The notes under the pieces are model-generated. The model searched no databases. It was given only the letters and a program-made list of their open reading frames with translations, and was not told the origin of the DNA. A DNA stretch of 56,387 nucleotides, the filler included, from Catajapyx aquilonaris (taxonomy: Eukaryota), in the NCBI GenBank assembly GCA_000934665.2. It is 4 parts of 4 records of this genome, joined end to end, with 100 filler letters (N's around TTAATTAATTAA, not from the genome) between each part and the next. Parts side by side here need not be neighbours in the genome. Positions count along the whole stretch, not along the records: positions 1 to 14,031 come from JYFJ02007905.1; positions 14,132 to 28,183 come from KZ539748.1; 2 more parts are not named here. One strand, 5' to 3'. Within the stretch, counting starts at the first letter, position 1. Every line of letters starts with the position of its first letter. This document shows, one piece after another, positions 1-15,335 of the stretch. Position numbers and translations under genes: made by a program.

Positions 1-208
1 GCAATTTCAAAATTCAATTACTCTTGAACCACACATTTCCGCACACTAGGAATAGTGTCATTCGACTCAGCTCATCGAGTAGATTCAGAAAATGTATAGA
101 AACCTGCAAGATTTTTGCGGCTCTAAACTGCACCCAAGCCTGAGGGAACCTCAGATTGGTCAAGCAAAAATGTCAAAATGATAAGGTAAAAATATTTATT
201 AATCGCAG

Positions 209-577
209 GGAAAGCCGTGCACTCAGCTGATAATGGACGACAACTACGGATATGTCGCCTACATTCCGGTTAGGAAGGAGTCTCCTTGGTCCAGAGCAAT
301 ATCACGGGCCTCTTCGGCTCACATAGAATCAGACCTGGAGCGATGGTGGACCCACCACAACATCGAGAGGCTTCGGCTGTCTGAACTTATAGGTCAAGGT
401 GGTGGCAGCTGCAGGCCACAGGAGGAGAGGTCACCTCTGACCCTGCTGCAACTCTGCGGATCCTTCCTCCTTTTAATTGCAGGACTTTGCCTGGCTGTTG
501 CTGTCCTCTTATTGGAGCTAATTGCTACAATTATGCTTGTTGCACCTAAATCCAGCCGACCAATCTACATTCCATAA
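209..577 (+). CDS. Ionotropic receptor (IR/iGluR-like chemoreceptor), terminal exon only
   Basis: Acceptor cgcag at 207-208. The frame reads GKPCTQLIMDDNYGYVAYIPVRKESPWSRAISRA..IESDLERWW, resembling the S2 lobe end (KxSPw...ESGL..W). It continues with PLTLLQLCGSFLLLIAGLCLAVAVLLLEL, the typical IR pre-M4/M4 helix ending in E, then TAA. Upstream exons lie outside the window. Confidence 0.75.
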   Translation, partial: GKPCTQLIMDDNYGYVAYIPVRKESPWSRAISRASSAHIESDLERWWTHHNIERLRLSELIGQGGGSCRPQEERSPLTLLQLCGSFLLLIAGLCLAVAVLLLELIATIMLVAPKSSRPIYIP

Positions 578-829
578 TGTTGTCTCGGATAAAAATCAAT
601 GTTTTGTTGTTGACTTTAGTTTCGGCCCTTCCCGCCTCTGAGCGCTGTTGCCGCCCAACCGCGAAATATAAACAAATGGCCGAATGAACACTGATTGTTT
701 AGTCACCGAATCGGTCAATAAAGTTCCTCACATCAGTGCCAGGCTCGGCTGAAGAAGGTCTTCCCGCACAAACCAACAACACGGGCAGGCATATCGATCA
801 AATACCAGACAAAATTCTTGCTGGACGTA

Positions 830-3704
<2,875 letters not shown>

Positions 3705-4846
3705 AGTAAAAATGCAAGGCACAGAAGGCATTTAGCTTCTGATGCATGTGCACCGTGTATACTACTGCTGTCTGTCAACACTGCCAATTCTTTTACAATT
3801 TATACATGGAAATCATAGTGGAAAATTGGCTCAAATTGTGCAAGATGGTTCCTTTTCATTTTTGTCATTTTTATAATTGTGGGCAAAATGGGACGTTCCA
3901 TAGTAGTAAATTTTAACAAAAGTTAGTGTCAAACATGAGCATGGATTAATTATTATGACTCAAGACATACATTGCTGCATCAAACATGTTCACCCAGACA
4001 TACATAGGAGTCCGATTAATTACCATGTTACCTCTCATAAGCGGCATGCCCAGCATATGGTGGTATAACCAGGAGGTGGCCGGCATACCGCAATAAAACC
4101 GAGGTAGATTTCTGTAATTTTGACCTTGCCAAATTTTTTGGAATGCTTCTGATACCGTCCTAAAATAATGTTACAATGAAAATGGGCCAGTGTACAGCTG
4201 TGATAATATGCAAGTTCTGTTGCACGGTGCTTATAAAAAATGTACAGTGTGTGACCAATCCCATCGTCAGCCTGCTTTGACAGGAGAACCCCCTGCTTCA
4301 ACATAGGCTACTGTATAAATTGAGATTATTGCCAGTGATGGTTTTACATAGTAGCACATGTAGCATGTGCTACGGGCCCCGCACTGACGCATACACTTGT
4401 ACGCTGGTTATTATACATTTTTCGTAAGCATTGCAAATTATCTTGCACAGTACATTCGCATAATTTGCTTGAAAGGTCTGGAAGTATAGCTGTGTGGGTT
4501 TCACCGAGACTGGGGGGTTAAATCAGTGCCGGATATATTTGGGAGGGGTGTTCCAGTCCGTACCCCTTCTCCCCCACATGAGATTGAAGGAGTGAAAATT
4601 TTGGGACGAAAGGGACAAATAAAACCGGCCGGATTATCTTTCCGCGCCAAAGGGACATCAGGCTGGTGCCGTCAATTAGGAATTCCAACTTCTGGTCGAG
4701 GGTCACTATACAGGGCAAGAAATAAGAAGCCACTGGGGACAAGGGGCACCATCAGCATGCATTAATTTATTACTCTGACATATGCTGCTTCACCAAAAAG
4801 TTCACCTTGACATACGTATGAGTCTAATTAATTAACATTTTAAATT

Positions 4847-6018
4847 TCACGAGCTATCCTGAGTTGAAGAGGTTGCCATTTCTCTTTCAAAGTCCTGTTG
4901 GTAGTGGTGGTCGCTTGTTGTCAGCTGCTTCTTCCGTTGTCGCAGCCCTTGGTAATATCCAGTGTGGTATCCAGACATGTACCAGGAAAGCAGCATTGCG
5001 TTCAGGGCCTTTGTGTCCGGCATCATTCCCTCGTCCGGCAAGGCAGGGAGGGGAGGCGGGAGGAGGGAAGGAAGAGGTGGTGCGTAAGGCCGATGCACCG
5101 AGTGTGGAGCCTGGAACTTGTGTGAAAATGGGTGAGACGGCGGAGGTGGCTGAAAAGGCACCGAACAATTATTATATTTATCAACCGCACTTCCTGGTGT
5201 GAAAATTCAAACAAACCATAAAGGCCTGCTGATGCAAGCTGATAGGTGGGACTGGCGGAAGCCACGCTGGTGGACCATGTTTGGATTGCTTCACTTTTTT
5301 ATCACCACTGTGTGATTTGTGTGACTTCTCCTCATGATATGGTTCAGACTGGAATGAAACATTAATAATACAGTAAAACCCTGATTATCCGTCACCCACA
5401 GGACTGGGGCATCGCCGGATAACCGAAAAGGTTGGATAATCCGAGGAGTAATAAAAACTTGAATAAACCGAGGAGTACGTTAGCAAGTTTAATCGACATG
5501 AGTTGCCACTAACCTCGTCCTCTGTGCGTTGCTTTGCTTCAGCCTTTTGGGCCTTTCTGGCCTTTCTTCCCTGCGATTCCCTCAGAGTCGATACGGACAC
5601 ATCCTCCTCGTTGTTGTACCCAACAAACCGAACCAAACCTGTCCTGCCATCCCCGTAGATCTCCTTCAACGTCCCTTCGTAGTACAGTCCATCTTGACTA
5701 AACGGAGCCTGGCAGGGCGCTCCTGCTTTCCACTTGAACTTGACGCTTTTGCTGGCAGGCTTCTCTTGCCTCTTGGCTTTGGGCTGCTGCTCGCAGGACA
5801 CTTCCATACCCATGCGTCTGGCCGCCTCCTCCTTCGCCAGCCCCACAGCCCGGTCGTACGCATCAATCAACGCCGTGTCATCCCAGACATCCGAGTCATC
5901 AGAACCCTACGGACAGGCAGTTTGTGACCATTTAGAAGCCCTCCAGCGTCCCAGTATTGTGTGTGCCACATACCTGCCCCCCATGCTGAAACAGCACAGT
6001 CCCAGTCGACCCCTCCAT
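4847..6018 (-). CDS. SMN: Survival motor neuron protein, 4 coding exons
   Basis: Exons 6018-5974, 5906-5514, 5348-5217 and 5149-4847, all GT-AG in phase 0. Features: Gemin2-binding [29 protein letters not shown], Tudor domain [28 protein letters not shown], poly-Pro region, and YG box [26 protein letters not shown] on the minus strand at 4766-4771. Confidence 0.96.
5371..5480. mobile_element. pogo/Tigger-like MITE end fragment in SMN intron 2
   Basis: TA-CAGTAAAACCCTGATTATCCG terminus followed by repeated GGATAA(C/T)CG motifs, a pattern typical of Tigger-like TIRs. No matching second end found. Confidence 0.45.
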
Positions 6019-6668
6019 TTCGCACGAAACTCAGGAAAAGAAGGAAAAAGAAGAACACGAGAAAGATTCAATTTCAATGAAAGGAAGCGTCGTGCGCCAT
6101 GTTGGTCACATGAAAGCCGCCATCTTGAATAAAAAGCCGCTACGCTACACAAATCACTGCTACTTCTGAACATTCTTTAACAAATTTATGGGCAATAGTA
6201 CGCCCGAGTACGCCGCTGTAAACGCAATATTTATGTGTAAACAGTACTTGATATTGATAGCATCAATTTGCGCCGAATTAACCCATCGGTATGTGCACAA
6301 AATTTGCTGCAGAGTGCTACTGTTATCGCGACTGAGCTATACCTGGCTATACCAAGTGGCTATAACTGCTAGAGTAGCCTGCTTCTTACAACTGGTTATA
6401 ACCCGCTTATTTATTTAATAAATAAAACTCATTATTTATTCGATTGTAATTACATATGAGCGCGTAATTAGCATTAGAGTTAATTTTCGCGACGGTGGTT
6501 CCCCCTGTGGACGCGGCGGTGGAAGCATCGGCCATACTCGCATCTGGAGAAGCAGCAGCAGCATCGCTGACCGTACCCTCCGGTCAACGGGGGTCAAACC
6601 CAAGGGAGTCGCAGAGGGTCAAGGGTCACATCCCTGCCCCCGCCCTTCCTGGCCCCTTTCTTGGAGGG
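6019..6668. promoter_or_regulatory. Bidirectional promoter region shared by SMN (-) and SUGP1 (+)
   Basis: Divergent start codons are 650 bp apart. A YY1/Pho-type motif GCCGCCATCTTG lies at 6116-6127, with E2F-like TTTGCGCC and TTTTCGCG motifs nearby. Confidence 0.65.
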
Positions 6669-8107
6669 ATGGCTTCGAAGGGAGGCGCAGGCAAGATGGG
6701 CACGGGGACTGGGCCAGGAGGAGGAGCTGCTGGTTCAGGTGCGGAGAACTTCTCTTCGAAGACGTCGAGGAGCGAGAGGTTCGCGCAGATGTCAAAGCAG
6801 GAGCAGCTGATCGAGCAGAAGAAGAGGGAGATCGAGGCCAAGATGATCGAGCAGAGGAGGAAGGACGCAGAGGCCACGCTCAAGAAGCTGCACCACGGCG
6901 GGGGGAGCAACACCAACGCAGCAGGAGCCTCGCAGGGGACAGCGGCAAACACAACCGCAGCCTCGAACGCAACGGTTGGGGATGCCGCTCCTGCCAAACC
7001 GCCCGTCAAGCGCCTGTGGAGAGGGTGTGTTCACCGCTTAACACTTTACATTGCAGCATAAACGCACTCGGAGCCAGCTGAACAAGCGACGATTAGTGGA
7101 ATCACTGTAATACATAAAGAACAGGAAATGGAGGCATTTGTCACTGTCATTTTGCAGACAATAGCGCGGTGTAATTTCAGTGATGAAGTTACACGTTCGT
7201 AGGTGTCAAAATGTTGGTTATCCGTTGTCCCACTGGCCAAAAAGGGGGAAAAAGGTACATGTTAACTCTCAGAAACGACAGATGCTTCCAACATGTTGGC
7301 AGGAACTGGGGGAAAGATTAGATCATAATATAGTTTTGCTTCATTGTGACAATGCCGTAGGAATAATTCTTGTCCCAAGCCTGGCTATGCTAAATAGGCA
7401 ACTACAGCGTAGCATCATAGAGTGGGGTGGCACTGCGCCAGTCTCGCTGACAACTAATGATTAAACGCTTCCGACGTAAATACCGTTCTATGGTTGAACA
7501 AAGAAATTTTTGGCAAGTATAATATGCAAAAATTGCAGTAGAATATACAGCGATGGAACTTCAGCTGCTGTAGGATGATTGTTTTCCCACCTTCTTAGTG
7601 ACCACTCAATTGATATGCCAATCATGTGTGCTTTAAAACCGTTGATCTTGTTATACGTAATTTTCAACTGTCTTGTTTACTATTTTAATAATCAATCTGT
7701 TATTGTAACAAAGCTCCATGTACCTTAATACCAAATCCTGTACTCTATGCGCACCCCAAAAAAGTGGCGGGGTGGGGTAGTAAACAAAATGTGGTAAGCC
7801 GAAATCGGTGTGGTTCAGGCCTATCTGGTAGCGAAAGGGTTAATAAATTAAAATATGACTACATTGTGTATTTAGAGGGGCGACATGGTGGTCGAGTGGT
7901 TAGGGCCCCAGCTTTCCACCTCTATGGTCCCAAGTTCGATCCCCAGGTCGGACAGAGGATACTTATGTGGATAGAGTGTCGATGAGTTCTCTCGGGGTTC
8001 TCCCGTTTCCTCCCGCAATTAAAATCCATCACAGCGCAGGGAATGATTAAAGTAGGTTAATTAAAAAGATGATCCCCTAAAATTCCCAAAGCTTATCATG
8101 GGGTACC

Positions 8108-8164
<57 letters not shown>

Positions 8165-11100
8165 CATTATTATCATCATCATCATCATCATTGTGTATTT
8201 AGACCTCAGTCCAATGTGCTTTGATAAAAAAATTAAATTAAATTAATGTGAAATGGCTCTAAATATTCCTTCCTAAATAATGTGCAGATAATTTCACTTC
8301 TGCAAGACGTGAAAAAGTTTTAAAATCATTATGTGACAATTTTTTTTAATTAATTTCAATGCAGTTTTTGGGTTAGTGTGGCCCTTCCGGTTCAGCATTA
8401 AAATTAATGTCCAGCTACGTAACAAATTAGCATAGTGACAGCAATATTATTACCAGACCCCACAGAAATTCACTGTCCAAAATGTAATCATATTTGTTTC
8501 AGTTGTTACCTGTCAAATTAACTTTAACATTGGTGCCATCCTAGCTCCCTCGTTACGATTAATAATTATCAATTCTAAAGTCCCGATGATCTTAACGGAG
8601 ATTTTTTTATCACATTTTGTTTACTACCCCACCCGCCACTTTTTGGGGGCGCCAAGTAGACTACGGGATTTGGGTAAGGTACCTGACTGTACACCTTTCG
8701 ATGATAGACATTTTGTGAATTGGTGATATATATTTGTTCAATTTCAGGGGCTTTGATCCTAAATGGAAAAAGGAGGACACAAAGGCACCCAGTACGGCTG
8801 GAGCAGCCAATGCAGCAAGCACAGCAAGTAACGCAGCATCGTCTGTGCCATCTCTAGGGATCAACCTTTTTGTGAATGACGGGAGCTTCTTGGAGCAGTA
8901 CAAAAAGATATCAGGTGTCAAAGGTTGGCTGAAATTCATGGCTTTTATGTGATTCAATATTACTTCTTTGTGCTGTCAGGATTGTAAAATTTTGGTTTAT
9001 ATAACATGGGTCTTCCTCTTCTGCACTATGTCAATTTTAACATTGAAATTGTTACATGTGTTTGATTGGGAACATATGTGCTGTAGCTTGAGAAGTGATT
9101 GATATATTATTTTGTATCGCGGCTGATTAGTTCCATCCTATCATTTTAGAGCCTCGTAAGAAGATAAAAGAAGAAAAGCCTGGTCCTAATGATGTGGGTC
9201 CCTCACATGCAGATGTGAAGAAAGAACTGCCTGGTACATGCAGCACATATTTATACATTATTCAAAGTGATACTGTGCCCACCCGCACCTCATTGGTACT
9301 TGACTATTTTTTGCAGAATCCCGAGACGTGTGGGAACCACCCAGTGATCCATTACGATTGCGTCTCCATCCCCTTTCAAAGCACAAGCCTCATAATCCCC
9401 CACCTTCTGCCCATCCTCATCCGCACAGAGCACCAAAGTGGTTTGATGATGATGAAGAGGAGGAAGAGCACCGTATGAATGGATCAGAACACCTCCCGCT
9501 CAACCCAGTGTCCATCAGACGTGGACGTGACCACATCCCCTTCATGGAAGACTCCCGCGTTGTAGACGCTACTCCTCCAAATCCATTTTTAGAGGAACGC
9601 CGTCCCTCTTCGCCTTATTCTCCAACACGTGCTGTCACAGAAGATCTCCCCGCAACCTTCCCTTTTCCACCGCCCATGAATATTGAGAAGATTCCCATCC
9701 CGAATCCAGGTCCGCCTGGTCCTCCTCATCAGCCTCCATCTCACCCTCATCTCATGCCTGTTGCACCACCCACGGCCGCTCCCTTACAGGCAATGCCTGG
9801 GTATGCATTCCCGCTGCCCCCTCCTCCACCGCAACAACCTCCGCCCCAAACCACAACTCTTTACGTCCTGCCACAAGCAATCCAACCGCCTAGTTACCTT
9901 CCACCGCAGCCACCTCCCATGGGACCGCCACAGTTCATGACGCAACCACCACCTCCCAGTTACATGCAGGGAACAGCACCTCCGCCACAACCGCAGATGG
10001 CACCGCCTCAGCAAGTGGTTCCCACCACAACCCTGGTTGTACAACAAGCGATATCGACAGTGCAGGTGGCAGGGGGAGCATACGTCGTCACCACACCAGG
10101 GATTCAGCAAGGTTAATGCCACAAATAATATCACGGCTCATTCTCATACCTGCAAGAAGTGGCGTTTGTGCCTATTTGCATAATTTCTGTGGGCATGAGA
10201 ATAGGTCATTACTCTGTCTACTTTCAAAAGCAAGCGAGTTAATACGAAGTTTGTTAGCAGTAGGTGGCGGCACCACTGTGAGCCTGCCTGGCTTTATGCC
10301 TTCTGGTGGGGTGCCACCTCCGCAGGTCCCTGCTCCTGCTCCCCCTCCTCAGCAACCTACCCCGCAGCCTGCCCCTCCCCATCCTCCACCACAGTCCATG
10401 CAGGTGGCTGCCCAACTGACTCCAGCCGCTGAGCATCTGGCGCAAATGGTGGCGGAAGGAGGAGACGAGATTGAGGAAATGGCCAGACACAAAAACCAGG
10501 ACGACCCTTCCATGTGGTGAGTCGAGGAAGAGACATCTTGAAATTATGATAAGCAAATGGCATGTAACTGGAGGTGCAACTTGCAGGTTCCTCTTCCACA
10601 TGGACAGCCCGGCGTACATGCAATATCGTTCCCTAGTTGAGGGTACCAGGGCGAAGACACGGATGAGCAAGAGGCCTCCACACTTCCACGACATGATGGG
10701 GAAGGGACTGGATGATGGGAACGAGGCTGATGGAGAAGACGACTCTCGGCCTGGAGAGGGTCAGTATTCACCCTTCTATCCAACTGGCACGATGCCAGGA
10801 CTCAACTTCGCACACATCTGCCAAGCTGGTAACCTTATTTGCCGAAAATGTGTTGGGGCGGTTCTTTTCCAGTATTTGTAGCTGGTTGCATGTCCAGGTC
10901 GTCACATGTATGTCATAGGTTGTAATTCTCATCCTAGGGAGAGAACAGGAGAGAAAGAAGAGGAGAAGAAGTCGGTGGGGTCCCGAGGGCCGTGCATCAA
11001 GGGTAAACATCCCGCCTCCTCCGCCTGGCCTCCCGCCTTCCCCAGTTGTGCTCCAACCTCCTCCGCAACTGACCTCCCTTCCCCTCCCGCAGATTCAGCC

Positions 11101-12816
11101 AAATCCCATGCCACAACCTCCGCACCCTCAACCTGGCATCCACCCGCACCAGATGGTGACGGGACCTCCTCCTATGCAGCTCAACCAGCCGATAGTGAGT
11201 GTTCCTCCACCCACGTCGACCATGCCTCCTGCCATGCCCTCGCTGGTTCCCCCGTCTTCCGTGCCTCCAGTGGCTCCGGACACCTTGGGCATCGGCCTGG
11301 GTCTGCCTCCCAACCAGCCGCACCCAATCCTGCTTTCAAAAGTAAACCGAAGCGATCCGCAACTCATCTCCTATGCAGTCAAGGTGTACGGATCAACTTC
11401 ACTTACAGACGACCAGTGGAAGCAGGTTGAGGACCACTTCAAGGTCAGCACTGCAATTTTCTGGCAATAAAGTTTGCTTGGAATTTCCTGCTTGTTATTT
11501 TGTAGTTTGCGATATCCTTCTGCATGTATGCGAACTCTTGGTTTTGAGAAAAGGTGGACTCGCTGGTGACGGCTGCATACGATGCTTGATGGCCAGCCTT
11601 GAAATTCTTGCAAAGCTGCTTTTCATTTACCGTATTTGGCGGCATACATGACACTTTTTCCCCCCCAAAAATGGCCTTGCATCTTATATATGGAAAACGA
11701 TATGTACTTATTTCCCTGAATATGATCCCCTGAAATGGTGCGTCATATGCCATCAAATTATGGATTCATGGCATGTGTCATGCGCTACAGAAGTTATAAC
11801 CTTCTACCTGAACATTTTGCAATTGTCCTTTGCGTAATTGTCAGTAGTTTTGCATTCTGCTTATAACAACTTTCCGATTGACGCGGCCTTGCTATGCGTT
11901 GGACTCCAGGGCAATCATCTTGAGAAGCGTTTGCTTTTATGCGCACACTCATTTTACTTGCTTGCAGCTGAACTTGATGTATCAGGAGATGCTGCGTAAG
12001 CGGGCTGAGCTGGACCGGCTGACTCGCAAGGGCAAGTACAAGTACGACTATGACAGTGATGAAGAAACGGATGGTGGAACCTGGGAGCACAAGCTTCGCT
12101 CGAAGGAGATGCAGCTGACTCAGGAATGGGCCGAACAGCTCACGATCAAGGCTGAAGGGAAGCATCACATTGGAGACTTCCTCCCACCTGACGAGCTGGA
12201 AAAGTTCCTTGAAAAGGTAATTTTCAGCATGCCGTCCTGGATTATTCTGGTACTAAAAGTCCATGAATTTTGATTGCGCAGTACCGTGCCATAAGGGAAG
12301 GGAGGGATCCAGACTTGTCCGACTACAAGGACTTCAAGCTGACTGAGGACAACGTCGGATTCCAGATGCTTCAAAAGCTTGGCTGGAGCGAAGGGAAGGG
12401 TCTGGGGGCAGACGGACAGGGAATCACAACTCCCGTTAACAAGTAAGCGACCTTCAATTAGAATTAATGTTCTGCTTTTAAAAATAATTGGGTAGTGTTG
12501 AACTTATATGGCAGAAAAATTCCTGCTTTTTCTTGTGATTGATCAACTACGTTTGGTATACACTATGATCACAAATCAATTTGTTTTCAGAGCGTCCCAG
12601 CGCCCAGACAACCAGGGGCTCGGTGTGGACAGGCCAGATGATGTCCAGAAAGAGGATGACGAATACGAGGCTTACCGCAAGAGAATGATGCTTGCATACA
12701 GGTTCAGGCCAAATCCTCTTGTAAGTGTCTCGACTTACTTTCATACGAAGCGATGCATTGTCACTAATGGTGTGTTGTTCCAATTACAGAATAATCCAAG
12801 GAGGCCATACTATTGA
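6669..12816 (+). CDS. SUGP1: SURP and G-patch domain-containing protein 1 (splicing factor 4), 11 coding exons
   Basis: Exons 6669-7024, 8748-8923, 9150-9233, 9317-10111, 10261-10516, 10587-10759, 10938-11443, 11968-12216, 12282-12442, 12591-12720 and 12790-12816 are phase-compatible GT-AG. Motifs: [30 protein letters not shown] ([23 protein letters not shown]), [46 protein letters not shown]-patch [19 protein letters not shown] and C-terminal [16 protein letters not shown]. Confidence 0.95.
7743..8656. mobile_element. TIR element/MITE in SUGP1 intron 1, enclosing a SINE
   Basis: A ~47-bp inverted repeat: GCACCCCAAAAAAGTGGCGGGGTGGGGTAGTAAACAAAATGTGGTAA (7751-7797) pairs with TTATCACATTTTGTTTACTACCCCACCCGCCACTTTTTGGGGGCGC (8607-8652). 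TA flanks both approximate ends. Confidence 0.65.
7877..8188 (+). mobile_element. tRNA-derived SINE (family A) with (ATT)n(ATC)n tail
   Basis: A box TGGTCGAGTGG, B box GTTCGATCC, core GGGGTTCTCCCGTTTCCTCCCGC and a microsatellite tail at 8109-8188. Perfect 15-bp TSD CATTGTGTATTTAGA at 7862-7876 and 8189-8203. Confidence 0.92.
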
Positions 12817-13076
12817 TAAGGCCTGAAAATGCGTCACTTCGCCAATCAATTTCAACCTGCACGTGTGAATGTGCACTTGTGAGTGCAAAGATGAGAATTG
12901 TACATTTTTCTGTGTGCATCTGCCTATGTGAAGCTCGTGCTTCCTTCCTTCCTTATTTTTTTTTTCTCCTTTTGAATACATGAACTCTGAATGTGATTTT
13001 ATACGACCGTGGTGTAGACATGGACCATGATTTTCGTTGCTGATGTTTAATCACCCGGGCTAGTATTGCAACAGCA

Positions 13077-13143
13077 AATAAAAAACCAACACGTGGGAAA
13101 CATTTTTTTTTTTTTGTTCTGGGCTCCTAGTTTCTCATTTATT
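13077..13143. terminator. Convergent polyadenylation signals of SUGP1 and IDH3A
   Basis: AATAAA on + at 13077-13082, AATAAA on - at 13138-13143, and a T-tract between them. Confidence 0.55.
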
Positions 13144-13376
13144 AACAAACGATTTTAATAATGTCTAACGTTTGCAAGTCTGGGATGACTAGACAAATAC
13201 TGTTGCTTCCGCTTGGGTTATTGTCAAACTCAAAACCGGTCGCCCAAATAATTTAAAGCTATAATACACATACAATACAATTTTGTTTCCTATCTTGACT
13301 GGCTTTGTTCAACAGGTGCAATCTCTCACGTTGTTGTCTTTTGGTTTGTTCGAGGATTTCTTCTTGTTTGCGGATT

Positions 13377-13604
13377 TTACCCCAGCTTCTGGCAGATGGC
13401 ATCAGTGAACTCTGAGCACTTGCCCTTCCCTCCCAAGTCACCGGTGAGCACCTTCCCTTCCTTGAGTGTGGCCAGGCAGGCAGCCTCAATCTTTGCAGCA
13501 TGATCCTTCATGCCCATGAATCTCAGCATCATGACGGAAGACAGCAGCAGTGCTGTTGGGTTCGCCTTGTCCTGACCAGCTATATCTGGTGCTGTGCCGT
13601 GTAC
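13377..13604 (-). CDS. IDH3A: Isocitrate dehydrogenase (NAD+) subunit alpha, terminal exon only
   Basis: Acceptor aaag at 13605-13606. The exon reads [31 protein letters not shown]...[26 protein letters not shown], diagnostic of the IDH3 alpha C-terminus. The rest of the gene is cut by the contig end at 14031. Confidence 0.92.
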   Translation of the reverse strand, partial: VHGTAPDIAGQDKANPTALLLSSVMMLRFMGMKDHAAKIEAACLATLKEGKVLTGDLGGKGKCSEFTDAICQKLG

Positions 13605-14031
13605 CTTTTGGATAAAATAACGAGCCATTAGTTCCAACAGGCACATTAAAGCTCTGCAAAGTAATTCTCATGGATGTTAACAATTGTGTCTCTAAAAGGC
13701 TGGGAAATTACATACATCATGACTCAAATTATGGCATGGTTCATAAGTTAGCTCATATCCACATCAGGAAATTACTGGTGGGAAATTTGCATCTGCGAGA
13801 TTTTTACAAATGCGGATGTGAGCTAACTTGTGAAGCATGCGATACATTATATACAATTAAGTCATCATATTGCACACTTTGACAAGGTGCTACTACCCAA
13901 ATAACGTGTAGGATAACATGCGCTTCAATATATATATATTTTCTACGATCCATGTCACTCAGGCTCTATGTCCAAAAGTAAAAATGCAGTACACCTGTCA
14001 ACTCATGATTAATTCAATCCATGTACAGTTC

Positions 14032-14131
14032 NNNNNNNNNNNNNNNNNNNNNNNNNNNNNNNNNNNNNNNNNNNNTTAATTAATTAANNNNNNNNNNNNN
14101 NNNNNNNNNNNNNNNNNNNNNNNNNNNNNNN
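14032..14131. other. Artificial contig spacer (44 N + TTAATTAATTAA + 44 N)
   Basis: Exactly 100 nt with a six-frame stop linker at 14076-14087. Identical to the two other spacers. Confidence 0.97.
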
Positions 14132-15280
14132 GAGTTTTTAGGATTTTGTAAGTCGGAAATGAAAAGAGATATGAACATGGAAGTAAGGGGGCATTATTTT
14201 TAATCGATTTTTATCTACCCAAATAAAAATTTTGAAGCGACGTGTGTTCACCAGTTCGAAGATTCGAGGGGGTCAAAATGACGTGAGTTGTGTCGGGTAA
14301 AGGTGGTCCGGCAGTGCGGCGAGAACTTGGCGGGGGCACTGCCGTGCCCCCTAATCTCCATCCTGTATCCCCAGCTTACCTACGTACGTGTACTCGTGTA
14401 GGGTGCAGCCTACAATACGTGTGCGTGGTTCAGATCGTTGTGTTCGTGATTTTTTTTGTTGGTACGGTGTACGTGCTCTCAGAGCATGTTACGACCACAT
14501 GTTCGGATGGCCAGCCAGGGGATAAGTGTGTTCTTGTGTGTTCTTGTGAGAGAAGCAAATTATTTTGTATTTTTGCAGGAAGTGCTAGTTCTTGAGTATC
14601 ATTTGTTGCTTCCTGCTTTAGGAAGGCGATTCTTTCTGCTTGGGACAGCCGAAACTCACCATTGACTTCAGATGAGTATATGGATGTCTGCATTTGGCAT
14701 GTTGAGAACCATATTACCCCTTCCTTATACGGAGTGCTCACCGATTCCGTACCGTGTTCTTCAGCGTTTAAGTCACATCTGTATACGTAAATATTTCGCG
14801 GATACCCTCTCCTCAGCAGTCTCCCTACTTTTTGGCATAGTGTCATGTACACAAGTCACTGCTACACTTGCAGGTGAGGGGGCAGGAGCAACTGGGAACG
14901 AGCGTCCGCGAGATTTTCATCCATGCGGATGATATGAGCTAAATTCTGAAGCACACAGCATTCATTATTTGGGAGCCAACACACATCCCTACCAAACTGG
15001 AAGAAATAATACTCAATTTTTTTCTTGCCTGCACATTTTGCATTATAATATTGGTCATGTTTTGACCAGGGAGAGGGAAGTCACAGTCGCGATCATATTT
15101 CAATCATAATATATAGGGTAGCCTATATATGATGATTACTATACTCGCCATCCCTAATGGCTGTGCTCATATAGCCAATTAACATATCCTGTCGAATTAC
15201 ATAAATATAATTACATAAAATGCGACATTAATCGTATTTAATTGTGATATGACACGTAGGTCAACTTCGGTCACCATACG

Positions 15281-15335
15281 TTTTCGCGCCAGGCGATATA
15301 TTAACTTTCCCGCCTCCTACGCTCTCCCGCCAAAA
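15281..15335. promoter_or_regulatory. Cluster of E2F-like sites upstream of the H1 gene
   Basis: TTTTCGCGCC (15281), TTTCCCGCC (15306) and TCCCGCCAAAA (15325) within 55 bp. Confidence 0.35.

Noticed and set aside
579..660. RFX X-box in the KATNAL2 promoter (GTTGTCTCGGATAA, GTTGCCGCCCAAC)
   Set aside because: Both deviate from the consensus in one half-site, too weak to call.
7877..7955. Possible tRNA genes (also at 1185-1258, 20245-20320 and 20640-20710)
   Set aside because: They are SINE heads: no acceptor-stem closure, followed by SINE body and tail, and bounded by TSDs.
8109..8188. Tandem repeat as a CRISPR-like or coding repeat
   Set aside because: Simple (ATT)n(ATC)n SINE tail. There is no repeat-spacer array anywhere in the window.
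14076..14087. TTAATTAATTAA repeated every ~14 kb as a biological repeat or array
   Set aside because: It is always centred in exactly 44+44 N, so it is an assembly linker.
14579..14872. Exon-like segment bounded by tttgcag and gtgagg
   Set aside because: Frames I read contain stops and show no recognisable homology.
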